A DNA stretch of 64,000 bases from an uncultured delta proteobacterium (GCA_963842085.1 CAWJET010000001.1:32001-96000); one strand, 5' to 3'. Positions 49,104 through 59,889 are shown, counted from the first letter of the stretch. Translations and numbers: made by a program. Notes: generated by a model from the sequence alone, not told the origin.

Positions 49104-49994
49104 ATGTCGCAACAGCAACTCCAGCAGATCATCCAGATGCTCAAGGCGCAGCCGATCGCGGGCCGTCCCACAGTCCAGGAGACGCGCGCGAATTTCGAGC
49201 AGATGGCGGCACTGTTTCCGGTCGCCGCAGACGTCAAGTGCGAACCGGTGAATGCCGGCGGCGTCAAGGCGGAATGGGTAACGGCGCCGGGCGCCGACGC
49301 GGGACGTGCGGTGCTTTATCTGCACGGCGGCGGCTACGTTATCGGCTCGCTCAACACGCATCGCGACCTGGCGGCGCGAATTTCGCGCGCGGCGAAAGCG
49401 CGCGTGCTGGTCATCGACTACCGGCTTGCGCCCGAGCATCCGTTTCCGGCAGCGGTCGAGGATTCCGTGGCCGCATACCGCTGGATGCTGTCGTCGGGGC
49501 TGAAGCCCGCGCGCATCGCGGTCGCGGGCGACTCGGCCGGCGGCGGGCTCACGGTGGCGACGCTGGTTGCGATTCGCGACGCCAAGCTCGCGAGCCCGGG
49601 CGCGGGAGTGTGCCTGTCGCCGTGGACCGATCTCGAAGGACTCGGCGATTCGATGAAAACCAAGGCGGCGGTCGATCCGATGGTAAACAAGGAGGCGCTG
49701 ATCGAAATGGCGGCGCACTACCTGGCCGGCAAGGATCCACGCAGCCCGCTGGCGGCGCCGCTGTATGCCGACCTCGCGGGCCTGCCGCCGCTGTTGCTCC
49801 AGGTCGGCACTGCCGAGACCTTGCTCGACGACTCGACACGGCTGGCCGAGCGCGCGCGCAAGGCGGGCGTTAAGGTCACGCTCGAGCCGTGGGAAAACAT
49901 GATTCACGTCTTCCAGGTTTTCGCGCCGATGCTCGACGAAGGGCAGCAGGCGATCGACAAGATCGGGGAGTTTGTCCGCGCCAACGCCGCGTAA
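49104..49994 (+). CDS. HSL-family alpha/beta hydrolase
   Basis: HGGGY, GDSAGG; close homolog of 17116-17997. Confidence 0.92.
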   Translation: MSQQQLQQIIQMLKAQPIAGRPTVQETRANFEQMAALFPVAADVKCEPVNAGGVKAEWVTAPGADAGRAVLYLHGGGYVIGSLNTHRDLAARISRAAKARVLVIDYRLAPEHPFPAAVEDSVAAYRWMLSSGLKPARIAVAGDSAGGGLTVATLVAIRDAKLASPGAGVCLSPWTDLEGLGDSMKTKAAVDPMVNKEALIEMAAHYLAGKDPRSPLAAPLYADLAGLPPLLLQVGTAETLLDDSTRLAERARKAGVKVTLEPWENMIHVFQVFAPMLDEGQQAIDKIGEFVRANAA

Positions 49995-50709
49995 GAGCGG
50001 AGCGTCCATCGGCGACCGCATCGCGGCGCTGGACTGGGCGCAGATCGAGCGCGACCTTGACGCGCAAGGATACGCGACCACGGGAACGGTTTTGCGCGCC
50101 GCCGAGTGCGCGGAATTGATCGCGCTTTACGGCGATCGCGAGCGCTTTCGCAGCCGCGTCGAGATGGAGAGGCATCGCTACGGCGTCGGTGAGTACAAGT
50201 ATTTCGCGCGACCGATGCCGCCGCTGGTTGAGGAGTTGCGCGTCGCGCTGTACCGGGAGCTGGCGGCGACGGCGAATCGATGGAGCGAGCGGATGCGCTC
50301 GCGCGATTCGTATCCGGTTTCGCTGGCCGAATTTCTGAAAGTCTGCGCCGCTCACGGACAGACCAGGCCGACGCCGCTGATCCTTCGCTACGAGCAAGGC
50401 GGCTACAACTGCCTGCATCAGGACCTCTACGGCGAGGTGGCGTTTCCGCTGCAGTTCACGTGCGCGCTCAGCCGGCGTGGGCGCGACTTCGAGGGCGGCG
50501 AACTGTTGCTCGTGGAGCAGCGGCCGCGGGCACAATCGCGCGCCGAAGTGATCGCGCTCGACGCTGGCGAGGGAATAATCTTCGCGAATCGCTACCGTCC
50601 CGCAGCCGGCGCAAGAGGATACCATCGCGTGAACCTGCGTCACGGTGTGAGCACGATCAGATCAGGCGTTCGCTACGCGATGGGCGTCATTTTTCATGAC
50701 GCCGCGTAG
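49972..50709 (+). CDS. 2OG-Fe(II) oxygenase (DUF2086-like)
   Basis: LHQDLYG, EQRPRAQSR, RHGVS..R. Confidence 0.85.
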   Translation: MSAPTPRKSGASIGDRIAALDWAQIERDLDAQGYATTGTVLRAAECAELIALYGDRERFRSRVEMERHRYGVGEYKYFARPMPPLVEELRVALYRELAATANRWSERMRSRDSYPVSLAEFLKVCAAHGQTRPTPLILRYEQGGYNCLHQDLYGEVAFPLQFTCALSRRGRDFEGGELLLVEQRPRAQSRAEVIALDAGEGIIFANRYRPAAGARGYHRVNLRHGVSTIRSGVRYAMGVIFHDAA

Positions 50710-50718
50710 CCGATTGAG

Positions 50719-50970
50719 CTACGGGTGGTCGTCGGCCGGACACTTGCCGTCGGAGCATTCGCAAGTCGCGCCCTCGTTATCGGTGCGCCACTGTCCGCAG
50801 AAGTCGTTGCAGGGAGTGAGGTTGTCGTCGGTGTTGTAGAAGCCCTTGCATCCCGGCGCGGCGTTCGGCGTCTTGGGATTGGTGAAGTCCGCATGACGAT
50901 CGCGGTCAGCCGCATACGCGAGTCCCACCACCGCGATCGCAAACAGGCCCGACATGATAATCTTGCGCAT
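50719..50970 (-). CDS. Small secreted six-Cys protein
   Basis: Signal peptide; C-x12-C-x3-C-x11-C-x-C-x4-C. Confidence 0.7.
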   Translation of the reverse strand: MRKIIMSGLFAIAVVGLAYAADRDRHADFTNPKTPNAAPGCKGFYNTDDNLTPCNDFCGQWRTDNEGATCECSDGKCPADDHP

Positions 50971-51371
50971 CGAGTCGTCCCCTAAGCACGAAGCCCCCAA
51001 GCCGCGTGCGAGAATCGTTTGACGCTATCAGCAGCCTGCCCTATTCACAAACTCGATGGTGCCAGGCGCGCGAGCATGAATGCGGCGCGGTCGTTTCCAC
51101 AGTTTGTTGTCATTCAATCGATCGCTTGGTACGTTGCGGTTAGACCGTAAACGCGACCTCGCGTCGGGGGATTTCGGATGCAGCGCAGCTTGTTGCGGTG
51201 CAGATCAGTTTCCACCGGTGGCAATAGGCTGTTGATTGCCTTCACATCGTTTCTTCCCTCTTTTCGTGCCCCGCATGGTGAAGCCAACGCCTGCCTTTTT
51301 CGGCGGCATTATGAAATACCAGCTCACAAGCGCGAGCGCAGCGGCGGGGCGGGGGTTCATCGATCGCTCGA

Positions 51372-51956
51372 TCACTGAGACTGTTCGCCGGTGGGCGCAG
51401 TCGCGGTCGGTGTCGCAGAGGCAGGACTTGACCACACAGGTGTGGCGAGTCCTGTCGGAGCAGGGCTCGCGGATGGAACGGGCGTGGACGCGAGAGAAGC
51501 GGTTGGTGACGGACTCGCGTACGCCGGCGACAGCGTCGCGGTTGGAGATGTCGACCCGGCCTCCGCACTCTTTGCGGTCACGCTCAAGAGCGCGTCATTC
51601 TGGTAGCAGAACCATACCGGTTTCTTTTCGTTTCTGGTGACAGCCTCGGTGGGCGACAGGAGGATCTCTGCCAGCCCTATCGTGAAGAAATCGGCAGCGC
51701 TTTCGACGACCGCTATGGGAACCTTGCCCGCATTGCCGTAGCCGGTGATGTAAAGCAGGTACAAATCGCAGCTCGTGCCGTCGGCACTTTTGCTCGTAGT
51801 GACGGGCGCGCCCAGCTCCTCCATGACGGAGGTGCGGCTGTCACCGGGAGGGAACTTCGCCAGATCGAGAGGTGTTGGACGCGTCGCCTCCATGTATACG
51901 GAGCAGCCGGAGACAATACACAGCGCTAGGACTATGTGCTTGAGACGAAAAGACAT
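51372..51956 (-). CDS. Hypothetical lipoprotein with Pro/Ser/Thr-rich tail
   Basis: Lipobox VSGC; low-complexity C-terminus. Confidence 0.7.
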   Translation of the reverse strand: MSFRLKHIVLALCIVSGCSVYMEATRPTPLDLAKFPPGDSRTSVMEELGAPVTTSKSADGTSCDLYLLYITGYGNAGKVPIAVVESAADFFTIGLAEILLSPTEAVTRNEKKPVWFCYQNDALLSVTAKSAEAGSTSPTATLSPAYASPSPTASLASTPVPSASPAPTGLATPVWSSPASATPTATAPTGEQSQ

Positions 51957-51972
51957 ATTCGGAACGCCCTCT

Positions 51973-52266
51973 CTACGGGCTGCTCAAGTCCGGCAGCCCA
52001 GTGGAGCCGTCGTACGGAGCGGCGCCGACGCAAACGTAGGAGGGAACATAACCGAAGCTGAAGATGGTCAGCATGACCTGACGGCTGTGCTCCAGCATCT
52101 CGACGTTCGCGTGCGCGAGCTCATCCATGCGAGATTGGCATGCGTCGAGACCGTAGGCGGCAGCGATCACGATCTTCCGATTACCCGCGGGATCGTTCTG
52201 GACCCCCTCCCGGGTGCTGCATCCCATCAAACAGAAGAGCGCGAGAGACAGGGTTAGAACTCGCAT
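51973..52266 (-). CDS. Small hypothetical lipoprotein
   Basis: LMGC lipobox; GGAG RBS. Confidence 0.55.
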   Translation of the reverse strand: MRVLTLSLALFCLMGCSTREGVQNDPAGNRKIVIAAAYGLDACQSRMDELAHANVEMLEHSRQVMLTIFSFGYVPSYVCVGAAPYDGSTGLPDLSSP

Positions 52267-52502
52267 CTCCGCTTTAGGTTGACACGCGTGTAACTGCAAG
52301 ACAACGCTCGCGACCGGCGCGGTGGTTAAACGCGAGCGGCGGATGCTCGGACTGGATCAGCGATTCGCACCGGACCAAGCCCGCGCGGTTGATTGAGTGC
52401 TGCGCCGGCTTTTCCTGGCCTGCGCGAATTCATTCATGAGACATTCATAATAGGCACGCGCGTCGTCACACGATTCACAGAGGCTTTGCAACTTCGGGAA
52501 AT

Positions 52503-52579
52503 TGGCGCGCCATGAGGGACTTGAACCCCCGACCTGATGATCCGTAGTCATCCGCTCTAATCCACTGAGCTAATGGCGC
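52503..52579 (-). tRNA. tRNA-Arg(ACG)
   Basis: GCGCCAT/ATGGCGC stem, GATGA-CTACGGA-TCATC arm, GGTTCAAGTCC, CCA. Confidence 0.97.
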
Positions 52580-52649
52580 GTCGGGACCCTAGAAATTTTC
52601 ATATCGCGCGCCCGCGAGCAAGCTGACCTGCGCCCGCGCCTCCAGCCTC

Positions 52650-52703
52650 CTAACAGGCGCGAAGCGCCGCATCTTAGCACTGAGTGCAGGGGTCAGCCCT
52701 CCC
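52650..52703 (+). repeat. Structured intergenic repeat, copy A
   Basis: ctaaca-GGCGC-gaa-GCGCC-gcatcttagcactgagtgcaggggtcagccct. Confidence 0.6.
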
Positions 52704-52735
52704 GCCCACCGCGCAGGTGACTTAATTAGTTGCGT

Positions 52736-54136
52736 TCACCCCTGCGCGGCGGGAATCCAGACCGAGACCGTGGTGCCTTCATGCACCTTGCTCTCGATCC
52801 GCAGCGCGCCATGATGCAACTGCACGATATGCTTGACGATCGCCAGGCCAAGGCCGGTGCCGCCGAGCTCGCGCGAGCGGGCGCGATCGACGCGATAGAA
52901 TCGCTCCGTCAGGCGCGGGATATCCGCGGCTGGTATCCCCTCGCCCGTATCCACCACCACCAGCGCGACGCCCGGCTTTGCGCCCGCGCCGTTGGAGTCC
53001 GCCGCTTCGCGCGCCTCAACAGTGACGCGGCCTTCGCGCGGAGTATATTTGATCGCGTTGTCGATCAAGTTGAGCATCACCTGGTGCAAGCGGTCGCGAT
53101 CGCCGGCCATCTTCGGCAATCCCGGCGGGCAATTCACTTCCAGGCGCAGCCCGCGCCGTCCCGCCTGTTCCTGCATCAGCTCCGCCGCCTCGGACAGCAC
53201 GCGCATCGGCTCTAGCTGCTCGATCTTGAGCGGAGTCAGCCCGCGCTCCAAATCCGAGAGCGAGACCAGGTCGTCGAGCAAACGCGCGAGCCGCCGCGCC
53301 TGCCGCTCGATGATGCCGAGGAAGCGCGCCGAGGTTTCCCGATCGTCCACGCCTTGCATGAGGGTTTCGGCGTACCCGTACAGCGCGCTCAGCGGCGTGC
53401 GCAGCTCGTGCGTGAGATTCGAGATGAAGTCGGCGCGCAGCGTCTCGTACGACTTGAGCTGCGTGATGTCGTGGAAGACGAACACCCACGCCGCGCCGCG
53501 CGAGGTGCGAATCTGCGCGGCACTGGCGCTGACGTAAAGTGGCGCGGGATTCTGGATCATGATCTCCGCGCTCATCACCTGATTGTCCGTCGAGCGCATC
53601 GAGCGCCCAACGAACTCCTGCAGCCGCGGGTCGCGGCATAGCTCGACGAACGGCCGGCCGCGGTAGTCGGTGTCGGCTCCCAGGGCGAAGATCCGCCGCC
53701 CGGCGCCGTTGAGCAGAATCACCTCGCCGCGCGCGCCCGTCACGACCACCGCCTCGGCCATGCTGCGCAGGATCGCCTCGAATTCGTCGCGCTGCTCGGT
53801 AAGCGAGTCGACCTCGGCGACGATCGAGTCGGCGGCGTCGAGCAGATGATGCTCCGCGATGTCGATTGCGTCGCTGCCGTTGGGCAGCAGATGCGGCGGC
53901 GGACGCCGGTCCTGCAACGCGGCGGCGACAGCGTCCAGTCTTTCCGCGCGCCGCAACAGCGAGCGTGCGATCGCACTGGCTGGAATCGCGCCGAGCGCAA
54001 GCCCGAGCACGATTACCACAACCAGCCACAGGAAGGACGCCGCGCCGGTGGCAGCGAGAACCGCCATGTAGATGGCGGCCGGCGCGAGACCGATTCCTAT
54101 CGCTGCGATCAGTCCGGCGGTCGGTGATCTATCCAA
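52736..54136 (-). CDS. phoR: Phosphate regulon sensor histidine kinase
   Basis: PAS, HELRTPL, NLIDNAIKY, FYRVD.ARSR..GGTGLGL. Confidence 0.9.
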   Translation of the reverse strand: MDRSPTAGLIAAIGIGLAPAAIYMAVLAATGAASFLWLVVVIVLGLALGAIPASAIARSLLRRAERLDAVAAALQDRRPPPHLLPNGSDAIDIAEHHLLDAADSIVAEVDSLTEQRDEFEAILRSMAEAVVVTGARGEVILLNGAGRRIFALGADTDYRGRPFVELCRDPRLQEFVGRSMRSTDNQVMSAEIMIQNPAPLYVSASAAQIRTSRGAAWVFVFHDITQLKSYETLRADFISNLTHELRTPLSALYGYAETLMQGVDDRETSARFLGIIERQARRLARLLDDLVSLSDLERGLTPLKIEQLEPMRVLSEAAELMQEQAGRRGLRLEVNCPPGLPKMAGDRDRLHQVMLNLIDNAIKYTPREGRVTVEAREAADSNGAGAKPGVALVVVDTGEGIPAADIPRLTERFYRVDRARSRELGGTGLGLAIVKHIVQLHHGALRIESKVHEGTTVSVWIPAAQG

Positions 54137-54890
54137 GCGCTTCCGGGTTGAAGCGATAGCCGACGCTTCGCACCGTGAGGATCAGTTCCGGATTGGCGTC
54201 GTCGCGCTCGATATGCTGGCGCAGCCGGCGCACGTGCACGTCGACGGTCCGCGGTTCGACGAACGTGTCGCGGCCCCACACCATGTCGAGCAGTTGTTCG
54301 CGCGTATACACCCGCATCGGATGCTGCACGAAAAATTTGAGCAGTTCGAACTCGCGCAGCGCGAGCTCCCTGCGCCTGGCGTCCACGAACACCTGGTAGG
54401 TGCCGAAGTCCATCCGCAGCCGGCCCTTCTCGTACGCGCCGCCGCCGGAGTCCGGCTCCGAGAGCGGATTGGCGCGCCGCAGCAGCGCCTTGACCCGCGC
54501 CACCAGTTCGCGCGGGCTGAACGGCTTGACCACGTAATCGTCGGCGCCCATCTCCAGCCCGAGCACCTTGTCCACCTCGGTACCCTTGGCGGTGACGATG
54601 AGAATCGGAAGATGCGCGGTGTCGCGCTCCGCGCGCATCTGGCGGCAGACCTGCAGCCCCGGCGTCCCCGGCAGCATCAGGTCGAGCACCATCAGATCGG
54701 GCACGCGGCGCTTTACCTTCTCCAGCGCCTGCGCACCGTCAGCCGCTTCCTCGACGACAAAGCCCTCCTGCGCGAGGTTGTAGCGGATCAGCTCGCGAAT
54801 GTCGGCGTCGTCTTCTACGATCAGCACGCGGTAGCGAACCCCGCGCTGCGCCTCGGAAACCGCGTTCGTGGCCTGGCTCGTCTGGTTCAT
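54129..54890 (-). CDS. phoB: Phosphate regulon response regulator
   Basis: Receiver plus OmpR wHTH, RTVDVHVRRLR; pho context. Confidence 0.88.
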   Translation of the reverse strand: MNQTSQATNAVSEAQRGVRYRVLIVEDDADIRELIRYNLAQEGFVVEEAADGAQALEKVKRRVPDLMVLDLMLPGTPGLQVCRQMRAERDTAHLPILIVTAKGTEVDKVLGLEMGADDYVVKPFSPRELVARVKALLRRANPLSEPDSGGGAYEKGRLRMDFGTYQVFVDARRRELALREFELLKFFVQHPMRVYTREQLLDMVWGRDTFVEPRTVDVHVRRLRQHIERDDANPELILTVRSVGYRFNPEALG

Positions 54891-54913
54891 CGCTCACCCC
54901 CTCCACCTTGAGA

Positions 54914-55609
54914 TCAGGTTCCCCGCTTCTTGGTTTCGACGTGACGGATCATTTTGCCCTTGACCATGAACGTCACCATTTCCGCGATATTGGTCGCGTG
55001 ATCGGCAATCCGCTCGAGATACTTGGAAACGAACAGCAGCCGCGTCGCCGACGCTATCGTATGCGGATCCTCGGCCATGTAGCTCAGCAGCTCGCGATAG
55101 ACCTGGTAGTTAAGCAGATCGACTTCGTCGTCGCGCGCGATCACCTGGTCAGCCAGGTCGGTGTCGTCGCGCATGAACGCGTCGATACTGTCCTTGACCA
55201 TCGATTGCGCGATCTCGGCCATCCGCGGCAGGTCGATGTAGGGCTTGAGCTGCGGCACTTCGTTCAGCTCGAGCGTACGCTCGCAGATGTTGACCGCGTT
55301 GTCGCCGATTCGTTCGAGGTCGGTGGTGATCTTCAGTCCGGTGGTGATGAACCGCAGGTCGCTGGCGGTCGGCTGATGCAGCGCGAGCAGCCGGATGCAC
55401 TGCTCGTCGTTGTCGTTGTCCATCCGGTTCACTTCTTCGTCGCGCTCGATCACCTCACGGGCATGCTCGCTGTCGCGATTGACCAGCGACTCGACGGCTT
55501 CGGCGATTTGACGCTCGACCAATCCGCCCATCTTGAGCAGACCGGCGCGCAAGCCGCGCAAATCCTCTTCGTACTGCCTGTTGGTATGCTGCGGCTGAGT
55601 GCTATCCAT
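54914..55609 (-). CDS. phoU: Phosphate signalling protein PhoU
   Basis: QPTASDLR, DLERIGD, LERIADHATNIAE. Confidence 0.93.
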   Translation of the reverse strand: MDSTQPQHTNRQYEEDLRGLRAGLLKMGGLVERQIAEAVESLVNRDSEHAREVIERDEEVNRMDNDNDEQCIRLLALHQPTASDLRFITTGLKITTDLERIGDNAVNICERTLELNEVPQLKPYIDLPRMAEIAQSMVKDSIDAFMRDDTDLADQVIARDDEVDLLNYQVYRELLSYMAEDPHTIASATRLLFVSKYLERIADHATNIAEMVTFMVKGKMIRHVETKKRGT

Positions 55610-55626
55610 TTTTCTTTTCCCCGATA

Positions 55627-56388
55627 TCAGCCAAACCGACCGGTGATATAGTCTTCGGTCTCGCGCCGGGTGGGGTTCGTGAATATCTGCTTGGTCTCGC
55701 CGTATTCGACCAGGTCGCCGGTGTACATGAAGGCGGTCATGTCCGAGCAGCGCGCGGCTTGCTGCATGTTGTGCGTCACGATGACGATAGTGTACGCCGA
55801 CTTCAGTTCCAGCAATAGTTCTTCTATGCGCGCGGTCGAAATAGGGTCGAGCGCCGAGCACGGCTCGTCCATCAGCAGCACCTCGGGCTGAACCGCCAGC
55901 GCGCGCGCCACGCACAGGCGCTGCTGCTGTCCGCCCGACAGGCTGCCGCCGGGCCGCCGCAAGCGATCCTTCACCTCTTCCCAAAGCGCCGCCTGGCGCA
56001 GGCTTCGCTCGACTATCGAATCGCGCTCGGCGCGGCTTACCTGCACACCGTTGAGGGTGAGCCCGGCCGCGACGTTGTCCTCGATCGACATGGTCGGGAA
56101 CGGGGTCGGCTTCTGAAAGACCATCCCGATTCGCCGCCGCACCTGCACCGGATCGACGCCGTCGCCGTAGATATCGTTGCCGTCGAGCAGCACCTCGCCG
56201 CTCGCGGTCGCGCCGGGCACCACCTCATGCATCCGGTTGAGGCATCGTACCAGCGTGGACTTGCCGCATCCTGAAGGCCCGATGATCGCGGCGATGCGGT
56301 CTTCCTCGAAGGAGAGACTGACGTCGTGCAGCGCGCGATTCTTGTGGAAGTACGCGTTGAGACCTTTAACGACCAGCTTTTCAGCCAT
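55627..56388 (-). CDS. pstB: Phosphate ABC transporter ATPase
   Basis: [32 protein letters not shown]. Confidence 0.95.
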   Translation of the reverse strand: MAEKLVVKGLNAYFHKNRALHDVSLSFEEDRIAAIIGPSGCGKSTLVRCLNRMHEVVPGATASGEVLLDGNDIYGDGVDPVQVRRRIGMVFQKPTPFPTMSIEDNVAAGLTLNGVQVSRAERDSIVERSLRQAALWEEVKDRLRRPGGSLSGGQQQRLCVARALAVQPEVLLMDEPCSALDPISTARIEELLLELKSAYTIVIVTHNMQQAARCSDMTAFMYTGDLVEYGETKQIFTNPTRRETEDYITGRFG

Positions 56389-56390
56389 GG

Positions 56391-57266
56391 CTACCTTGGC
56401 GCCTTCGCCGCCCCGCCCGTCACCCATCGCACCCCCAGCTCGAGCGCCAGGATTATCGCCGTCAGCACCAGCGCGCCCGCCCACGCCTGGCGCTGCCAAT
56501 CGGCAAAAGGCGAAATGGCATAAGTGTAAACCTGAACCGTCAGCGTGTTGATCGGATGAAACAGCGACGTTGACCAGAACCGGTTGCCGAACGCCGTGAA
56601 CAGCAGCGGCGCCGTCTCGCCCGACACCCGTGCCACCGCCAGGATGACGCCGGTGGTGATTCCCGACAGCGCCGTGCGCGCCACCACCGACAGCGTCGTG
56701 CGCCAATGCGGCACGCCCAGCGCCAGCGACGCCTCGCGAAGTTCGGGCGGCACCAGCAGCACCATCTCTTCAGTGGTGCGCGTTACCAGCGGAATCATAA
56801 TCGCCGCCAGCGCGACGGAACCGGCCAGCGCCGAGAACCCGCCGAACGGCCGCACCACGGCTGCATAGGCAAAGATTCCAACCACGATCGACGGCACACC
56901 CATCAGGACGTCGGCCGAGAAACGGACCCAGTTGGTGAACTGGCTCGTGCGATTGGCCGCCAGGTACAGCCCGGCACCGACCCCTATCGGCACCCCCATC
57001 AGGCACGCGATACCTACCACTTCCAGCGTGCCGACGATCGCGTTGGCCATCCCGCCGCCCTTTTCGCCGACCGGCGCCGGCATGTGCGTAAAGAACGCCC
57101 AGTTCACGCTCGCGACACCTTTGGTAAGCAAGTAGCCAAGCACCAGGAACAGCGGGATCAGCGTTACGATGGTCGCGCCGACCGTGACCGCCATCATCGA
57201 ATCGCTCTTGAACTTGCGATAGCGATAGCTGGTCTCGCCGTGAAGATTGCTGACGCCGGCTGCCAT
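56391..57266 (-). CDS. pstA: Phosphate ABC transporter permease
   Basis: [17 protein letters not shown]. Confidence 0.93.
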   Translation of the reverse strand: MAAGVSNLHGETSYRYRKFKSDSMMAVTVGATIVTLIPLFLVLGYLLTKGVASVNWAFFTHMPAPVGEKGGGMANAIVGTLEVVGIACLMGVPIGVGAGLYLAANRTSQFTNWVRFSADVLMGVPSIVVGIFAYAAVVRPFGGFSALAGSVALAAIMIPLVTRTTEEMVLLVPPELREASLALGVPHWRTTLSVVARTALSGITTGVILAVARVSGETAPLLFTAFGNRFWSTSLFHPINTLTVQVYTYAISPFADWQRQAWAGALVLTAIILALELGVRWVTGGAAKAPR

Positions 57267-58243
57267 TACTTGCCCGTCTCCTGATAGCGGCGACGCTGCA
57301 CGCCGAGCACCAGCGCGCGCGCCACCACGTTGAGCACGATTCCGAGAATCAGCAGCACCAGGCCCAGTTCGATTAGCGCGGAGACATACAGGTCGGAGGT
57401 GGCTTCCGCGAATTCGTTGGCGATCACGCTGGCCAGCGTCGCCGCCGGCTTGAACAACGACGCGGAAATCTCCGCCGAGTTGCCGATCACCATCGCCACC
57501 GCGATCGTCTCGCCGAGCGCACGCCCCAGGCCCAGGATGATCGCGCCGATCACGCCCGTCATCCCGTACGGGATCACCGCCGTCTTGACCATCTCCCACT
57601 TGGTCGCGCCCAGCGCGAGCGCGGCCTCGCGCTGCGTATGCGGAACCACCCGAAACACGTCCGTGCAAACCGACGAAATGTACGGGATGATCATGATGGC
57701 GAGAATGACTCCCGCCGACAGCATTCCGACCGACACCTTGGGCCCCTGGAACAGCGGCAGCCAGCCGAACCAGTGCTCGAGCGGCGGCTCCACATAGTCG
57801 CGAAGCCACGGACCCATCACGAATATCGCCCACAGTCCGTACACTACGCTCGGAATTGCGGCGAGCAGGTCGACCAGGAATCCCAGCCGATGGCTGAGCC
57901 AGTCGGGCGCCATCTCGCTCAGGCACAGCGCGACGCCCAGGCTCAGCGGCACCGCTACTACCAGCGCGATCAACGACGAAACGAAGGTCCCGAAGATAAA
58001 CGGCAGCGCGCCATATTGATCAGTGACGGGATCCCATTCCGTGCTGACAAAAAAGTGCAGTCCGAACACCCGAATCGTTGGAAAGCTGTCCACGATCAAC
58101 GCAACCGCCAGTCCGAACAGCAACGCCAGAATCGCCAGCGCAAGAATAAATGTCACGGTGTTGAAAATTCGATCGCCAAACAGACGCACCTGCACCGGCG
58201 CTCTCGCACGCTCGCGCCGGACCGCCGGGATACCGTCGGCCAT
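57266..58243 (-). CDS. pstC: Phosphate ABC transporter permease
   Basis: LAAIPSVVYGLW, RALGET.AV; alternative start 58300. Confidence 0.93.
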   Translation of the reverse strand: MADGIPAVRRERARAPVQVRLFGDRIFNTVTFILALAILALLFGLAVALIVDSFPTIRVFGLHFFVSTEWDPVTDQYGALPFIFGTFVSSLIALVVAVPLSLGVALCLSEMAPDWLSHRLGFLVDLLAAIPSVVYGLWAIFVMGPWLRDYVEPPLEHWFGWLPLFQGPKVSVGMLSAGVILAIMIIPYISSVCTDVFRVVPHTQREAALALGATKWEMVKTAVIPYGMTGVIGAIILGLGRALGETIAVAMVIGNSAEISASLFKPAATLASVIANEFAEATSDLYVSALIELGLVLLILGIVLNVVARALVLGVQRRRYQETGK

Positions 58244-58347
58244 CGAACCTTCTAATTCGGACAAGCGATCTCTTCCTACAGAATTTGCTGGCTCTATCAC
58301 GTCGGGAGCCGACCTCTGCGTCGCGGCCGGACTATCCGTCGCACTTA

Positions 58348-58381
58348 ATCATACGCACCAATTGTTGCGGGAATGTTACGG
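58348..58381 (-). promoter_or_regulatory. Pho-box-like direct repeat plus -10 box
   Basis: CCGTAACA and CCGCAACA at 11-bp period, 9 nt upstream of TATGAT. Confidence 0.55.
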
Positions 58382-58506
58382 AGGCTGAAAATCGCAGTGA
58401 AGCTGCGAATTTTCAGCGAAATCGCAATAAGATGCTGGATCTTGCTCGTTAAAGAGTGGGCAACCTTTCCCCCTCGTCCCGTTCGAACAGAGCCAGCCCA
58501 GCCTTT

Positions 58507-58537
58507 ATCTTAACAGGGGGTGCAGGGGTCACCCCCC
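58507..58537 (+). repeat. Structured intergenic repeat, partial copy B
   Basis: atcttaacagggggtgcaggggtcaccccc. Confidence 0.5.
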
Positions 58538-58547
58538 CGGTTTCACA

Positions 58548-59873
58548 TTAGATTTTGCGTATTCGTTCCAATCCGCCCATATAAGGCCGCAATACCTCGG
58601 GAATCGTCACGCTGCCATCCTCGTTCTGGTAGTTTTCCAGCACCGCGATCATAGTCCGCGGCAGAGCCAGCCCTGATCCATTCAATGTATGAACGAGCTC
58701 GGGCTTGCCACCCTTGGTTTTGAAACGAATCTTCGCGCGACGCGCCTGGAAGTCCGTGCAATTGGAAACCGAGCTGACCTCGAGCCATTCGCCGCATCCC
58801 GGCGCCCACATTTCCAGGTCGTAAGTGGCCGCGCTCGCGAAACTCAGATCCGCGGTGCACAGGGCGACAACTCGGAATGGAATCTTCAGCCGCCGGCAGA
58901 TCTCCGCGGCGTTCTCCACCATCTTGTGAAACTCGTCGTCCGACGTCTCCGGACGCACCAGCTTCACCATCTCAACCTTGTCGAACTGATGCCCGCGCTT
59001 GATGCCGCGCACGTCGCGCCCGGCCGACATCTTCTCGCGCCGAAAGCACGGCGTGTACGCGGTCAGGTAGATCGGCAGAATTCTTTCGTCGAGCGTCTCG
59101 TCGCGATGCAGGCTGGTGAGCGGAACCTCGGCGGTCGGGATAAACCAGAAGTCATCCTCGTCGTCGTGGTACATCGTGTCCGCGTTCTTCGGCAGATGCC
59201 CCGTGCTGGTCGCCGTCTCGCGACTCACCATCAACGGCGGAATTATTTCGAGATAACCCTGCTCCCGCTTGACGTCGAGCATCCAGTTGATCAGGGCGCG
59301 CTGAAGCCTCGCGCCCGCGCCGCTCAGGACATAGAAACGCGTCCCCGACAGTTTCACTCCGCGATCGAAATCGATGATTCCGAGATTCTCGCCGAGTTCC
59401 CAATGCGGGAGCGGCTTGAACGCGGTGAACTCAACCGGCGTCCCCTCGGTCCTGATTACGCGATTGTCGGCCTCGCTCGTGCCGACCGGCACATCCGCCC
59501 GCGGGATGTTGGGCAGCTCCAGCATGCGCGAATGGACCTCGCGTTCTGCAAGAGAGAGTTGCGCGCCCAGGAGCAGTAACGGATTGCTGGCATCGACCGC
59601 TTCGCCGGGCGGGAGCTTGGTTAGCTTTTCCTCGTCCGCTTCCTCGGCGCGAATCTTGGCGATCTCAGCCGCGCGTTGGTCCGGCGGCAGCTTGCCGACT
59701 TCCCTAGCCCGCCGCTTGCGATCGGCGCGCAGTTGATCGACTTCGCCTTGAAGCCTTCGACGCTTCTGATCAGCCTCGAGGATTCGATCGACTTCGGCCG
59801 GCTCGACGCCTCGCTTGGCAAGTTCGCCCTTCACGAAATCCGGCCGTTCACGAATCAGCTTGATATCCAGCAT
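58548..59873 (-). CDS. serS: Serine-tRNA ligase
   Basis: MLDIKLIR, PTAEVP, FRRE, HQFDKVE, EVSS.SNC.DFQARR, TLNGSGLA. Confidence 0.96.
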   Translation of the reverse strand: MLDIKLIRERPDFVKGELAKRGVEPAEVDRILEADQKRRRLQGEVDQLRADRKRRAREVGKLPPDQRAAEIAKIRAEEADEEKLTKLPPGEAVDASNPLLLLGAQLSLAEREVHSRMLELPNIPRADVPVGTSEADNRVIRTEGTPVEFTAFKPLPHWELGENLGIIDFDRGVKLSGTRFYVLSGAGARLQRALINWMLDVKREQGYLEIIPPLMVSRETATSTGHLPKNADTMYHDDEDDFWFIPTAEVPLTSLHRDETLDERILPIYLTAYTPCFRREKMSAGRDVRGIKRGHQFDKVEMVKLVRPETSDDEFHKMVENAAEICRRLKIPFRVVALCTADLSFASAATYDLEMWAPGCGEWLEVSSVSNCTDFQARRAKIRFKTKGGKPELVHTLNGSGLALPRTMIAVLENYQNEDGSVTIPEVLRPYMGGLERIRKI

Positions 59874-59889
59874 TCAGAATGCGTTCCTC
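59836..59889. repeat. 54-bp direct repeat (yraN end plus serS start), copy 1
   Basis: Identical to 60366-60419. Confidence 0.92.

Noticed and set aside
51000-52502. Second island at tRNA-Arg(ACG)
   Set aside because: No integrase and no duplicated tRNA fragment found
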